NCBI GenBank assembly: GCA_965116025.1
Contig: OZ220480.1
Span: 960,001 to 1,024,000, forward strand
Direction: 5' to 3'
DNA: 64,000 nucleotides
Origin: an uncultured candidatus Porisulfidus sp.
GTDB lineage: Bacteria; Pseudomonadota; Gammaproteobacteria; Poriferisulfidales; Poriferisulfidaceae
Position numbers and translations under genes: made by a program. The notes beneath the pieces were generated by a model. It did not search any database. It worked only from the letters and a program-made list of their open reading frames with translations, and had not been told where the DNA came from. Positions 51,057 through 62,721 of the stretch are shown in pieces (within the stretch, counting starts at the first letter, position 1; each line of letters starts with the position of its first letter).

Positions 51057-54000
51057 ATGAAAGCGAGTCTTTCCGTTTCCAATATCGTCCGCGCCGCGCT
51101 TCGCGGGGCTCCGTCGTCTTCCCGCATAGGGGGGGGGGGGGGGGGGGGCATAGCCTCCGTTTCCTGACCGTTCTGGCCGGATTCACGGCCTTTCTCGCGG
51201 TTCCGCACTCCGCCGTCGCGGTGAACGAGTGCGGCGCTACCAGCCCGGTCACCTGCGGCGACGCGAGTTACGCCTCCACCAGCGATTCCCCGATCAAGTA
51301 TCAGGATAAGACCGGGGGTCTGACCTTGACCGTGAAGCCTTCCGGGGCGGGCACGGTCACCATCACCGCCGAGGCGCTTCCCACGAGCGCGAGCGACGCG
51401 TTCCCGGGGATCCATCTGAACGGACACGGAACCCTGAAAGTCCTTTTGGATGGCGCCGTGAAAGTCGTGAACGGGGCGACCCGGACGACGGTGGACGCGA
51501 CGCTCGCGGGCGAGACGGGGACTTTCAAGTTCATCCACCCGGATCACAAGCTGGGCTCGCGGAACGACGGGGTGTACGTGGCGTACGACAAGGATGACGA
51601 CGCGGGGACAACGACGGGCATGGTGGAGGTGATGGTGGGGAAGGACGCCGTGATCGGGAGCGAGACGGCGCCGGCGGGACGGTACGGGGTTCACGCCGCG
51701 TTCGTGGACGGGGACAGCGCCAACGCGAACTATCCAGCCGGGAAGATCAAGGTGACGAACGCGGGCATGGTGCATGGCCACTACGCGGGGATTTACGCGA
51801 AGCACGACGGGAAGGGCGACATCGAGATCGAGACGTTGGAGGGGAGCGTGACGTCGATGGGGATTCGGGCGATCTCGAATAAAGCTGACAAGGCGGATCG
51901 GGGCGGGAATATCGCCATTCGCCATCATGGCCGGATCGTGGTCAAGGATCCGGCTCGGTACGCGGACACGCTGACGATGGCGAACGTGGCCACGCCGCTG
52001 GAGATGGATAAAGTCAGCTTCTCCGACCGGCACAGAGGAGGGATCTACGTGGAGCATTGGGAAAAGCGGACGCCGACGGGCGCGAAGCCCAGCAGCTCGA
52101 TCCTGGTCGAGTCGAGCGGCGACATCGTCGCCCATCCGATCCACGGCAAAGAAGGCGACAACAGAGCGAGAAGAAGCGCCATTTACGTCATCACGCGGGG
52201 GAACGGTGATTCCGTCGTTCCGGTCACGGTCGACGTGACGGGGGGCACCCTGACGGCGGACGACCCGAGTGGAAGAAATGGAGGGAATGGGATTTACATC
52301 TATTACTCTCAGCACAAAGGCGGTTTGATCAAGGTGGATCTCGCCGGCGAGATTTCACGGACGGGAGACATAAGAGATGGAATCTTTATTGAGAGACAAT
52401 ATGACGACGATAGCGACGATTCCAGTGATGTCAGCAGGGACATAGAGGTGACGCTGAAATCCGGGGCGCGGATCGGCATGGAGGGAGACGAGCCTACCGT
52501 GGGTCGGCGTGGCGTGTCGGTGACCCAGTCGACCAGCGGGGGAACGGTTCGGGTGGCTGTGGAGTCCGGGGCGCGGATCGGAACCGCGGGGACTCCGGTC
52601 GGCGAGAACGGGGTGGTCGCCGAGATCAGCAACGCCGATGACGAGAACGACATCATGGTCACCAATGAGGGCCACATCCACGCGAAGGGCTCGGGGGTGG
52701 TCGCCCTGCATCGCGGCTGGGGTGCCGTGGTCGTGCAGCATCTGGCGGGGGAGATCGTCGCGGGCGACCAGCCTAACGCCTTCTCCTCGCTCATAGAGGA
52801 TCACCAGACGGAGTTGGCGGACCTGAAGTCCCGGACCGCTGGCGTTTCCGCCATTCATGGGGGTTCGGAGCCCAAGCCGCTTCCCGGCAAGAATATCATC
52901 ATTAGCGATCCCTCCACCTACGAGTCCGATATCGGGGAGATCAAGATCACGTCGAAGGCGGACGTCACGTCGAAGGGCGACGGCATTCTCGCTTACGTGA
53001 AAGACCTGGACGATGTGGGGGCCAGGAGCCCCAAGGTGAGAGTGCCGATCACGATCGACGTGGCCGGCGGGACGATCACGGCGGACGGCCACGGCGTCTA
53101 CGCGGAGACGGCCACCATCTACCAGGGTACCTACGCGAATACGGAGATCACCTACGACGATGCCACCAAGGCCGGGAAGATCGAGGTCACGGTGGGGGAG
53201 ATGGCGACGATCCGGGCCAAGAAGGACGGGGTGCATGTCAAGGGGATGCGGACCTTCGCGTCCGACCACGCCCGGAAAGGGCAATATGACCAGACGGTCA
53301 CGATCAACGGCAAGGTGATGGGCGGTGGTGGAGACCACGCCGGCGTTCGGATGGTGAACGGCGGGACGCTGGTGATCGGGCCGAAGGCGGAGATCGGCGC
53401 GACGTCGGGGACCGCGGTGAGCGCGGACAAGGCGCTGCATGTCACCCTGAAGGAGAACGCGCATGGGCAGATCGCGTTCGTCATGGGGAAATTCCTGAAT
53501 AGTGGAAAGGACGCGCCGAACGTCTTCCAGCGGGAGTTGATGGCCGGCGCGAAGAAGATGATCGCCGTGGGGGACGCGGTGAAGGCGACGTCGGGTAAGA
53601 CGGGGACGCATGGGGTGTATGACGCGGTGTTCGAGCGGATGGTCACGCTGAAGTCGATCGCGGGCGGGCACCAGTTCCAGGTGGACTCGGAGAAGGAGAT
53701 CAGCCGGACGTATCACGCCCGGGCTCGGGTGTACGAGGCGCTGCCGTCGGTGCTGCTGGAGATGAGCGCTCCGGGCGGCCGTCAGGCGCGTTTGTCGGCG
53801 ACGCGAGACGGCGGGGGCGCGTGGGCGCGGGTGTTGGCGAGCGACGGCGAGCGGGAGGTGGAGACATCCACGACCGAGATGGACGATGCGGGTCGCGCGC
53901 TGTCTTGGGACTTCGAGCGCTGGGGCGTGGAGACGGGCTTCGTCGTTCCTACGGACGCGCCGGGGCTGATGCTGGGCGTGAGCGCGCATTACCGGGACGG

Positions 54001-54616
54001 CGAGGCGGACGTCGCGCGTGGCGGGAAGATCGAGGTCTCGGGCGTTGGCGTGGGCGCTTCGGCGACCTGGCGGGGGGAGGACGGCTGGTACGCGGACGGG
54101 GAGCTCTCGTACACGCGGTTCGAGGATGTCGACTTGAGCTCGGAGACTCGGGGGATGGTGGCGTCCGGTCTGGACGGAGACGGCCACGCGATCAGCGTGG
54201 AGGTCGGCAGGCGCATGGATATGGACGGCTTCGCGCTGGTTCCGCGCGGGGGATTGACGTGGACCTGGGTGGACGTCGACGGCTTTGACGACGTGTCGGG
54301 CGTTATTGGAAGCGGTCGAGCGTCGTTCCGCTCGGAGGACAGCGTGCGGGCGCGGGTTGGAGCGCTGCTGGAGAATGGCCAGACGTACGCCTCATTGGAC
54401 GTGGAGCGCGAGTTCTCGGAGAGCCGGGAGGTCATGGCGTCGGGGTCGCGCTTGCGCTCGGAGGCGGAGTCCACGTGGGCGCGAGTTGGTGTCGGGGGCG
54501 TGATGGTCTTGGATGATAAAGGGGAGTCGACGCTATCGGGGGACGCTCACTACGCGGCGTCGGACGGCGACAATCATGATTACGGCGCGAGCGTCCTGCT
54601 GAAGGTTCGCTTCTGA
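51057..54616 (+). CDS. autotransporter/adhesin paralog 2, frameshifted at poly-G
   Basis: Same RBS and leader as paralog 1; ATG 51057 needs G18/G21; identical C-terminus YGASVLLKVRF. Confidence 0.8.
51129..51148 (+). repeat. poly-G tract (G20)
   Basis: Counted directly. Confidence 0.9.
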
Positions 54617-54629
54617 CCGGCTTTCTGAT

Positions 54630-54659
54630 CGCGGCCCCGGCATGCGCGCCGGGGTCGCG
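54630..54659. terminator. GC hairpin after autotransporter 2
   Basis: Homologous to the 47322 hairpin. Confidence 0.5.
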
Positions 54660-54819
54660 TCAATTAGCGCGTTCGAAAATTTAGGCGAGGCGCTTGGCGC
54701 GTCAGCCGAAAAACCTTGGTGTGAAGCCCGCCGAAGTCACGTGGCGGGACTGGATTTTGGATCGGCGTTCCTCTTATGTTCTACAATCTATCTCCCTCAC
54801 CTATCGCGACCAGGTTCCC

Positions 54820-57717
54820 ATGAGTCCCGGGCCCCGGACCAACGAAGCCGCTTTCAACGCGATTCTCGCGGAAACCCTCCGGCATAAGCATCCTCTCTGG
54901 AGAGACAGCCTCGGAGTGGAGCGGAACAGGGTTTTCCCTCGCGACCCCGGACTTCGGCCGGATATCCTAATCGCTCCTCCGAAAGCGCAGCCCGTCGTGC
55001 TGGAGACGGAGTTCGTTCCCGGAACCACGGTGGAAAAGGACGCGAGATCTCGACTTGGCCTGTCGGTCGGGGGACCGGAAGGAGCGATAGAGCAAGCCAT
55101 AGCGATCCGGATTCCGGCGGCCCTTCGAGAGGGACAAGCGGATCTTCCAGATCGTATCGGGACGGCCGAGTTCGAGTACTGCGTCTTGTCCGGCGCCGCG
55201 GACGATCCAGAACGCTGGCCCAAGGATGGATGGCTGCGCGGCGGAGTGGACGACATCGCACGGTGCGCGGAGCAGGCGATGGTTTCCCAGCGCTTGGTAG
55301 ACGAGGGAATATCCATTTTGGAAGAGGGAGTCAACGTCGCGACTCGGGCGATCCAGGATTCCATAAAACTGGGAGATACTGACACGGATGGCGCATTGGG
55401 GCGCGCCCTGAGCCAGAGAGCTGGAGAGCAGACCCGGCGGATGGCGATGACCATCATCGCGAACGCGCTGACCTTCCATGACTCCATCGCCGGAAGTCAT
55501 GGCATCCCGGGCCTCGCCAAATTGAGGCAAGAAGAGGCGGAGAACCTGCGACCTGCTCTTTTGGGCGTTTGGGAGCGGATCCTGAACGAGATCAACTACT
55601 GGCCGATTTTCCATATCGCCTCGGACCTGCTCGCCATTTTGCCTTCTTGGACCGCGCATCAGGCGCTGAAGGGGCTCGCGTGCGCCGCGGAACGGCTTTC
55701 CCGCCTGGGCGTGAACGCGCGGCACGACTTGTCCGGGCGCATGTTCCAGAAGATGATCGTGGACCGGAAGTTCTTGGCGACGTTCTATACCCTTCCCACC
55801 AGCTCGACTTTGCTGGCGGAGTTGGCGATCAGGCGGTTGCGTTTCGATTGGGAGGATCTGGATGGATACGCGGACCTGCGTATCGCCGATCTCTCTTGCG
55901 GCACGGGAACGCTTCTGTCTTCGGCCTACCACGCGACGCTGAGCCGATACCGCCATGCGGGGGGCGATGACCGCGAAGCGCACCGCGCCATGATGGAGCG
56001 CGCCATCGTCGCCGCCGACATCATGCCGGCGGCGGCGCATCTGTGCGCGTCTCAGCTGTCAAGTTTTCATCCCGGGGTGGTTTTCGACAACACTCGGGTC
56101 TACACGCTGCCCTATGGTGTGGAGCGAAGCGCGGGAGAGGGGACCGCCATCGGTTCGCTTGATTTGATTTCCGCGAAGCAAGCCCAGTCGCTGTTCTCCA
56201 CTGGGCAGAGACGAGCCGGGGGAGGCGGCGAGGAGGAGACGCGCGATATCAAGCTGCCGCACGGCTCGGTGGATCTGGTGATCATGAACCCTCCTTTCAC
56301 GCGGCCGACCAATCACGAGAATACGGAGGCGCCGGTGCCCTCGTTCGCGGGTTTCAAGACCACGAGAGACGAACAATGCGCGATGTCGGATCGTCTGGCC
56401 GCGATCCAGAGAGATTTGATCCTCCCTGCTGGGCATGGAAACGCGGGGCTGGCGTCGAACTTCATCGATTTGGCGCATGCCAAAGTGAAGCCGAGCGGAA
56501 TTATCGCCTTGGTTCTCCCGATCACGGTGACCAAGGGGGAATCATGGCGGGCGGCGCGCGAGTTGCTACGCAGGGAATATCGCGACATCACGGTAATCAC
56601 GATCGCCACGGTTGGAAACACGGACCGGGCCTTCTCCGCGGACACCGGCATGGCGGAGGCATTGGTCTTGGGCACGAAGGCTAATTCAGGGGAGCCCCCC
56701 GATGACGACGCGTTGTTCGTGAACCTAGCGCGTCGACCAGCGACTTTGCTGGAAGCGGCAGAGGTGAGCAGGCTGGTCGGGGAGTTGCCGGCAAGCTCTA
56801 GGATGGGACATCTGCGCGCGGGAAAGCAAGGGCTCGGTGTCTACATCCGGGCGCCTCTGGACGAAGGGGGATGCGCGGCGTTGCGAGACGCGAGTCTCGC
56901 GGAGACGCTGATGGAACTGAAGCGGGGCCAGCTTCGCATGTCTCGCTATGGAGAGAGACATAGCGTTCCTATTGTGGAGTTGGGCGAATTGGGAGAGCGC
57001 GGTTTGCTGTATCGGGATATTGGATCGCTGAATCCCGGAGCTCCGCCATATCGCGGACCCTTCCGGGTCGTCGACATCGGGCCGGCCCCGGACTATCCGA
57101 TGCTCTGGGGCCATGCCGCCGACCGGGAGCGGCGTCTTGTGGTGGCTCCAGACAAACAGGGCGAAGTCCTACCGGGTTGCGAGGACCGCGCGGTGGAGGT
57201 CTGGGAGACGGCGACTCGCATGCATTTCAGTTTGAATTTTCGGCTTAACTCTCAAAGTCTCGCGGCCTGCCGCGCCTCTGGACCGATCATAGGCGGAGGT
57301 GCTTGGCCCAGTTTTCGGCTCAGCGACTCGCGGTGGGAGGATGTCGTCGTTCTCTGGGCGAATTCCACCCTGGGTTTGATGTGCTTCTGGTGGCGAGGCT
57401 CTCTTCAGCAACAGGGTCGGAGTCGCTTAACCATAAGCACCTTACCAGAACTGAGGGTCTTGGACCCGCGAGCGCTGACGGACCTGCAGCTGGAGCGGGC
57501 CGCGGAACTATTTGGGGAATTTCAGGAAAGGATCTTTCTGCCAGCGAACGAGGCCTATCGGGATGAGGTTCGCGTCGACTTGGATCGGGCGGTGATGACG
57601 GACCTTCTGGGTTACCCCGAGGCGATTCTGGAGCCGCTGGCGAATCTCCGGTTGAAGTGGTGCCATGAGCCATCCGTTCATGGGGGAAAGAGTAGCAGGC
57701 CCTCCGCGGGCGGGTAG
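54820..57717 (+). CDS. fused restriction-modification enzyme (type IIG/IIL-like; N6-adenine MTase)
   Basis: N-terminal RPDI..VLETEF nuclease-like motif; FYT, DLSCGTGTLL, IMNPPF; C-terminal TRD-like region. Confidence 0.75.
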   Translation: MSPGPRTNEAAFNAILAETLRHKHPLWRDSLGVERNRVFPRDPGLRPDILIAPPKAQPVVLETEFVPGTTVEKDARSRLGLSVGGPEGAIEQAIAIRIPAALREGQADLPDRIGTAEFEYCVLSGAADDPERWPKDGWLRGGVDDIARCAEQAMVSQRLVDEGISILEEGVNVATRAIQDSIKLGDTDTDGALGRALSQRAGEQTRRMAMTIIANALTFHDSIAGSHGIPGLAKLRQEEAENLRPALLGVWERILNEINYWPIFHIASDLLAILPSWTAHQALKGLACAAERLSRLGVNARHDLSGRMFQKMIVDRKFLATFYTLPTSSTLLAELAIRRLRFDWEDLDGYADLRIADLSCGTGTLLSSAYHATLSRYRHAGGDDREAHRAMMERAIVAADIMPAAAHLCASQLSSFHPGVVFDNTRVYTLPYGVERSAGEGTAIGSLDLISAKQAQSLFSTGQRRAGGGGEEETRDIKLPHGSVDLVIMNPPFTRPTNHENTEAPVPSFAGFKTTRDEQCAMSDRLAAIQRDLILPAGHGNAGLASNFIDLAHAKVKPSGIIALVLPITVTKGESWRAARELLRREYRDITVITIATVGNTDRAFSADTGMAEALVLGTKANSGEPPDDDALFVNLARRPATLLEAAEVSRLVGELPASSRMGHLRAGKQGLGVYIRAPLDEGGCAALRDASLAETLMELKRGQLRMSRYGERHSVPIVELGELGERGLLYRDIGSLNPGAPPYRGPFRVVDIGPAPDYPMLWGHAADRERRLVVAPDKQGEVLPGCEDRAVEVWETATRMHFSLNFRLNSQSLAACRASGPIIGGGAWPSFRLSDSRWEDVVVLWANSTLGLMCFWWRGSLQQQGRSRLTISTLPELRVLDPRALTDLQLERAAELFGEFQERIFLPANEAYRDEVRVDLDRAVMTDLLGYPEAILEPLANLRLKWCHEPSVHGGKSSRPSAGG

Positions 57718-57824
57718 ACGCGACCGTTGGGCGGAAAGAGACGTTATGCCCGGGAGATTCGGGAGCGGAAGGCGGGATCGTCGCTGGAGCACCAAGATGT
57801 ATCCCGCGAGTCGGGCGAGCTTCC

Positions 57825-58262
57825 ATGATCGCCTTGCTTCAGCGCGTGACCGAGGCCCGAGTCGTCATCGGCGGGCGAGTCGTGGCGGATGTGGACGCTG
57901 GGGTCCTGGTTTTGGTCGGCTTCCACAAAGGGGATTCACCAGAGCGGACCGAGCGGATGGCCGAGCGAATCCTGGGCTATCGCCTGTTCGCCGACGAGAA
58001 CGGAAAAATGAATCGCTCTCTGGTCGACGCGCGGGGCGAGTTGCTCTTGGTTCCGCAGTTCACGCTCGTGGCCGCCACCGACCAAGGCATGCGCGCGAGC
58101 TTCAGCTCCGCCGCGCCGCCGGAGGCCGGGCGCGAGCTTTTCGAGAGTCTTCGCGAGGCGTGCCTGCGGCGGCACGACCAGATTCAAGTTGGGAAGTTCG
58201 GGGCCGACATGGAGGTCCACCTGGTCAACGATGGGCCGGTCACCTTCATCTTGCGCGATTGA
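57825..58262 (+). CDS. dtd: D-aminoacyl-tRNA deacylase
   Basis: LQRV, PQFTL, NDGPVT. Confidence 0.93.
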   Translation: MIALLQRVTEARVVIGGRVVADVDAGVLVLVGFHKGDSPERTERMAERILGYRLFADENGKMNRSLVDARGELLLVPQFTLVAATDQGMRASFSSAAPPEAGRELFESLREACLRRHDQIQVGKFGADMEVHLVNDGPVTFILRD

Positions 58263-58278
58263 CGCCCGCGCGGCATCC

Positions 58279-59172
58279 TCAGTCCTTTTCCAGCATCGCC
58301 CGCATGACTGGCTCCAGATGGGTGGGACAGGGCGGGTCCGTTTCGGGGCACACGCTGTCGACCTGCAGGCTACGGTAGTTGTCCATCGTGAATGGTTTTC
58401 CGGGCGCCCGCTCCAGAACGCGCGCCTGCATCCGGGAAAGGAAAGGAGACAGGGGGACGATCTTGCGCTTCAGGCCAGCGGTCGAGGCGATCAGCTCGAC
58501 CAGTTCCCGTAACGTGTATATCTCCGGGCCGCACAGGTGGATGGATCGCGAATAGGTTTTCCGATCATCCAGGGAATCGCGCATGCGCGTGACGACGTCG
58601 CCGACGTAAACTGGGGCGAAGCGAGTGTTTGGGCAGGCTAGAGGAAAGAGATACGGAGCCCAGCGGAGCAGTGAGGTGAAGCGTCCGATGAGGTGATCGC
58701 CGGGGCCGAAGATCAGAGAGGGCCGAAAACTCGTGACCCTGGTGGTTCCGCTGAATTGGAGCAGCGCGGTCTCCGCTTCCGCTTTGCTGCGCAGGTAATG
58801 GCTTCGCGCGTTTCGGTCGGCGCCAAGCGCGCTCATCTGCAGCAATCTCGGGGTTTCATGCGCGTGGCAGGCGGAGACGAGATTTTGCGCCAGATCGACG
58901 TGGGCTTTCTTGAAGGTTCGCTTGCGGACGCGGGATTCGTTGAGGATGCCGATCAGGTTGACGATAACGTCCATGCCCTCGGTATGGCGCGTGAGCGACT
59001 TTCTCTGGTGGACATCCGTCTGCACCAGATCCAGGTTCGGGAGAACCAGTAAAGAACGGTGGCGAAACCTGTGCCGGGTCAGAACGCGCACGCGGTGCCC
59101 CCGCTCCACCAAATCGCTGGCCAGCGCCCGGCCGACGAAGCCAGTGCCTCCCAGAACGCATATGCGGGCCAT
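58279..59172 (-). CDS. NAD(P)-binding SDR, complex I NDUFA9-like
   Basis: GGTGFVG, NLIGIL, SALGA, YLRSK, RPSLIFG. Confidence 0.88.
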   Translation of the reverse strand: MARICVLGGTGFVGRALASDLVERGHRVRVLTRHRFRHRSLLVLPNLDLVQTDVHQRKSLTRHTEGMDVIVNLIGILNESRVRKRTFKKAHVDLAQNLVSACHAHETPRLLQMSALGADRNARSHYLRSKAEAETALLQFSGTTRVTSFRPSLIFGPGDHLIGRFTSLLRWAPYLFPLACPNTRFAPVYVGDVVTRMRDSLDDRKTYSRSIHLCGPEIYTLRELVELIASTAGLKRKIVPLSPFLSRMQARVLERAPGKPFTMDNYRSLQVDSVCPETDPPCPTHLEPVMRAMLEKD

Positions 59173-59209
59173 CCAGTCATTATAATGAGGTGGAATTAGT
59201 TCTCTCGCC

Positions 59210-59878
59210 ATGCTTCTCCACCTTCCCGAAGTGCTGGGTCCTGAAGATCTGGAGACGATTCGTTCGGAGTTGAGACGGGGCAGGTTCGCGGACGGTCGCT
59301 CCAGCGCGGGCCGTCTGGCTAGCGAAGTCAAAAAGAACGAGGAATTCCAGGCCCCCCGGTCCGAGCGGGAGCCTCTGGAGCTTCGCGTCGCGCGGGCGCT
59401 TCGGAATCACCCCATGGTGCGGCGTCACGCGCTTCCGTTGCGCGTCAGCCACCCGATTTTCTCTCGCTATCGACCGGGAATGCGCTACGGTTGGCATACG
59501 GACGAGGCCGTGATGGGCGAGGGGGGCTACCGGTCGGACTTGGCGGTCACCGTGTTCTTGAGCGACCTTTCCGAGTATGAAGGCGGCGCGCTGGTTGTGG
59601 AGACCCCCTATGGGAGAAGGACCGCCCGATATCCGGCGGGAGACGCCGCGTTGTATCCCGCCGGGCGCCTGCACCGGGTCGATGAGGTGACCGCGGGCGA
59701 GCGGTGGGCGGCGGTGCTTTGGATTCAAAGTCAGGTTCGGGATGAGCAGCGCCGCGAGATTCTCCAGACACTGGATGCCTTGCGCGAGCGGAACATGGAG
59801 AAGGATCCAGAGGGCGAGGACCTTTCGAGGCTCGACTGGGTGTATTCCCGATTGTTGAGGATGTGGGCGGATGTCTGA
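59210..59878 (+). CDS. PKHD-type Fe(II)/2OG hydroxylase (PiuC/YbiX-like)
   Basis: DGRSSAG, YGWHTD, YEGGAL, HRV, WIQSQVRD. Confidence 0.88.
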   Translation: MLLHLPEVLGPEDLETIRSELRRGRFADGRSSAGRLASEVKKNEEFQAPRSEREPLELRVARALRNHPMVRRHALPLRVSHPIFSRYRPGMRYGWHTDEAVMGEGGYRSDLAVTVFLSDLSEYEGGALVVETPYGRRTARYPAGDAALYPAGRLHRVDEVTAGERWAAVLWIQSQVRDEQRREILQTLDALRERNMEKDPEGEDLSRLDWVYSRLLRMWADV

Positions 59879-60671
59879 GCCTAAGCGGATTGACGAGCGG
59901 GGCTACGAGCGAGAGTTGGAGCGCCTGCAGGTCGAGTTGATCAAGCTTCAGTACTGGATTCAGTCCCAGGGCCTGCGCGTCGTCGTACTGTTCGAGGGCC
60001 GGGACGCGGCGGGGAAGGGCGGAGTGATCCGGAGGATCATCCAACACACGAATCCGCGTATCGTGCGTCTGGTGGCGTTGCCTAAACCCACGGAGCGCGA
60101 GCGGGGGCAATGGTACTTTCAGCGTTATGTCGCCCATCTTCCCCGAGTTGGCGAGATCGCGCTGTTCGACCGTAGCTGGTACAACCGGGCCGGAGTGGAG
60201 ACGGTGATGGGATTCTGCTCCGAGATCGAGACGCAGGAGTTCTTGGTCAGCTGTCCCCAGTTCGAGGAGATGCTTTTCAATTCCGGAATCCGGCTGATCA
60301 AGTACTGGTTCGCGATCAGTCGCGAAGAGCAGGAGCGGCGTTTCCAGGCGCGTCGAGACGATCCGCTGAAGCGCTGGAAACTCAGTCCGATGGATCTGGA
60401 GGCGCGGTTTCGGTGGGACGACTACACGCGCGCGCGCGACCGGATGTTCGAGCGCTGCCACACCGAGCGAGCGCCCTGGACCGTGATCAAGGGAGACAAC
60501 AAGAAGGAGGCGCGCCTGAACTGCATTCACCACCTGCTATCGGAATTCGACTACAAGGATCTCACGCCCCCCGCGCGCGAATTGCCGCCGAGCCCGAAGC
60601 TGAGCGGCTATCAAGGACCACCGTTGCCAGCGGGGCCGCCGCCGGTGTATCTATTCGGAAAGAAAACGTAA
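59871..60671 (+). CDS. ppk2: polyphosphate kinase 2
   Basis: FEGRDAAGKGG, FDRSWYNRAGVE, WKLSPMD. Confidence 0.95.
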   Translation: MSEPKRIDERGYERELERLQVELIKLQYWIQSQGLRVVVLFEGRDAAGKGGVIRRIIQHTNPRIVRLVALPKPTERERGQWYFQRYVAHLPRVGEIALFDRSWYNRAGVETVMGFCSEIETQEFLVSCPQFEEMLFNSGIRLIKYWFAISREEQERRFQARRDDPLKRWKLSPMDLEARFRWDDYTRARDRMFERCHTERAPWTVIKGDNKKEARLNCIHHLLSEFDYKDLTPPARELPPSPKLSGYQGPPLPAGPPPVYLFGKKT

Positions 60672-60684
60672 CCAGCGCGAGACT

Positions 60685-60888
60685 TCAGTTTTTGGAGCCT
60701 TTCTCCTCGTGCGCGAGTTGCACGACCTCCATCGCGCATTCCGCGTAGTCTTTCCGGTAGTCGCGCAACTCGGAATCTTCCTCCGGCGCGAAATACTCGT
60801 CCATGCTGACGCCTCTTTCTCGGTCAAGGGCGATGAATCGGCGTTGCATTTCTAGCAACTTCTCGATTTTTTCCTGCTTTTCGCTCAT
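60685..60888 (-). CDS. hypothetical protein (67 aa)
   Basis: Protein-like composition; fills the intergenic gap. Confidence 0.65.
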   Translation of the reverse strand: MSEKQEKIEKLLEMQRRFIALDRERGVSMDEYFAPEEDSELRDYRKDYAECAMEVVQLAHEEKGSKN

Positions 60889-61076
60889 GGCGCATAGGTT
60901 TGGTCTCGACGCGCGCTATTGTAGCAACGATTGGGTCCAGGCGCGGGGTTGGCGAGCGGGTGGAAGAGGATCGCGCCCATACCCGAAGGCGGCCCGTGGC
61001 TTCGAAGCCGCGTCGCCTGATCGGCGCCTGCGGTACAATCCACCGAAACCTCGCTCGAGAATCGGGGCGAGGAGCG

Positions 61077-61244
61077 ATGATGCGCAAGAATCAATGGTTG
61101 CTTCTGCTGGCGGCGCTGGCGTTGGCATGGTGCGCCTCGATGGGGCTGTTCCTTGCCGGAGCGTTTTCCTATCCGTGGGGATGGCTGGTGTTGCTGGTGC
61201 TGATCGGCTGGACTTGGTTCAAGGCGCGCGAGGGAGACGCGTAG
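61077..61244 (+). CDS. small two-TM membrane protein
   Basis: RBS GAGGAG; two hydrophobic stretches. Confidence 0.55.
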   Translation: MMRKNQWLLLLAALALAWCASMGLFLAGAFSYPWGWLVLLVLIGWTWFKAREGDA

Positions 61245-61941
61245 GCCGAATCTCGCTTTGGCCGCCCGCGGCGGCGCGGAGCGCGAACGCGCGCTCCCAG
61301 ATATCGTGCCCCAGTCGCCGGCCTCGACGCTCGAAATGGGTTTCTGGCCGATCCGGCAGGTCGGGCACGCTTCTCCAGAATGACGCTTCGTCCACGATTC
61401 GCTCGATTTGCGTCGCGTAGTCCGCCCAGTCGGTCGCCAAGTGGAGGAGACCGCCGGGCGCGAGACAGCGGGCGCATTCGTCCAGAAATCGCTCTTGGAG
61501 CAGGCGACGCTTCCGGTGCCGGCGTTTGGGCCAAGGGTCCGGGAACAGGATGCGGATCAGCCGCAGACAGTCGGCCGGAAACTTGGGCAGCAACGCGGCC
61601 GCGTCTCCAGAGACCACTCGCAAGTTGTTAATTCCGGCCCGCTCGGCCTTCCGCAATACGGAAAACAGCGCGGGGCGATACGCCTCGATTCCCAGCGCGT
61701 TGCGCTCCACGTGGCTCTGGACCTCGTCCAGTAACGCCTCGCCGCGGCCGAAACCGACCTCCAGCGTGATCGGGCCGGGTCGCTCGAACAAGGTCTCTGG
61801 ATGGAATCCCCGCGCCGGGATGGCTCGTCCGTAGCGTTCCAGCAGGGACGCGAATTCTTTCTCGCGATCTTTCGTCAGGCCGCGGGCTCGATGGGTGAAC
61901 GAGCGGATCGGTCGCCGCTGGCTGGCGGCGTTCCGGGTCAC
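61219..61941 (-). CDS. trmB: tRNA (guanine-N7)-methyltransferase
   Basis: [27 protein letters not shown]. Confidence 0.93.
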   Translation of the reverse strand: MTRNAASQRRPIRSFTHRARGLTKDREKEFASLLERYGRAIPARGFHPETLFERPGPITLEVGFGRGEALLDEVQSHVERNALGIEAYRPALFSVLRKAERAGINNLRVVSGDAAALLPKFPADCLRLIRILFPDPWPKRRHRKRRLLQERFLDECARCLAPGGLLHLATDWADYATQIERIVDEASFWRSVPDLPDRPETHFERRGRRLGHDIWERAFALRAAAGGQSEIRPTRLPRAP

Positions 61942-62720
61942 GCCAAGGCGCCTTCGGTCGGGCTGGAACTGGAGGCGAAGCGGCGTTTCGGCATGCGTCC
62001 GGAGCGCCACGCGAGGCGTCCCGCCTCGACCGCCAGACGCATGGCCCGGGCCATGCTCGCGGGATCGCCCGCTTCGGCGATGGCCGTGTTCATCAGCACG
62101 CCGTCGCATCCGAGCTCCATCGCTATGGCGGCGTCGGAGGCGGTGCCGACTCCGGCGTCCACCAGAATGGGCGTGGAGGCTTCCTCAAGAATGATCTTGA
62201 GGTTTTCTGGATTGCGTATGCCTTGGCCCGATCCGATTGGCGCGGCCAAGGGCATCACGGCGACGCAACCGATTTCCGCCAGCCGCCGCGCGGCGATGGG
62301 GTCGTCGCTGGTGTACGCCATCACGTCGAAGCCCTCCGCGACCAGGGTCTCGGCCGCGGACAGGGTTCGCGCGACGTCCGGGTACAGGGTGCGCGGGTCG
62401 CCTAGCACCTCCAGCTTGACCAGTTCGCGCCCGTCGAGCAGCTCGCGGGCCAGCCGGCAAACGCGGATGGCGTCCTCGGCGGTGTAGCAACCCGCGGTGT
62501 TCGGCAGAATGGTGTATTCGTCCGGTGGCAGCGCGTCCAGCAGGTTGGGCGCGTCCGGGTCTTGGCCGATGTTGCTGCGGCGCAGGGCCACGGTCACGAT
62601 TTCCGCGCCCGAGGCGGCGACCGCGGCGCGGGTTTGCTCCAGGTCCCTGTATTTTCCGGTGCCGACCAGCAGGCGGGACGTGTAGGAGCGCCCGGCGAGG
62701 ATTAGCGGATCGTCGGTCAC
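61938..62720 (-). CDS. thiG: thiazole synthase
   Basis: [27 protein letters not shown]. Confidence 0.96.
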   Translation of the reverse strand: MTDDPLILAGRSYTSRLLVGTGKYRDLEQTRAAVAASGAEIVTVALRRSNIGQDPDAPNLLDALPPDEYTILPNTAGCYTAEDAIRVCRLARELLDGRELVKLEVLGDPRTLYPDVARTLSAAETLVAEGFDVMAYTSDDPIAARRLAEIGCVAVMPLAAPIGSGQGIRNPENLKIILEEASTPILVDAGVGTASDAAIAMELGCDGVLMNTAIAEAGDPASMARAMRLAVEAGRLAWRSGRMPKRRFASSSSPTEGALA

Positions 62721-62721
62721 G

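Noticed and set aside
50981-51148. ORF-track start making autotransporter 2 look intact
   Set aside because: No RBS and no equivalent open start in paralog 1; the conserved RBS and ATG are at 51057 in another frame
52355-54187. Long antisense ORFs (also 24727-25908, 27117-28412, 4221-5327)
   Set aside because: Shadow frames of GC-rich genes; Arg/Pro-rich with no motifs
50853-57717. tRNA-integrated element carrying autotransporter 2 and the RM gene
   Set aside because: These genes lie 5' of the tRNA; no integrase or duplicated tRNA 3' end seen
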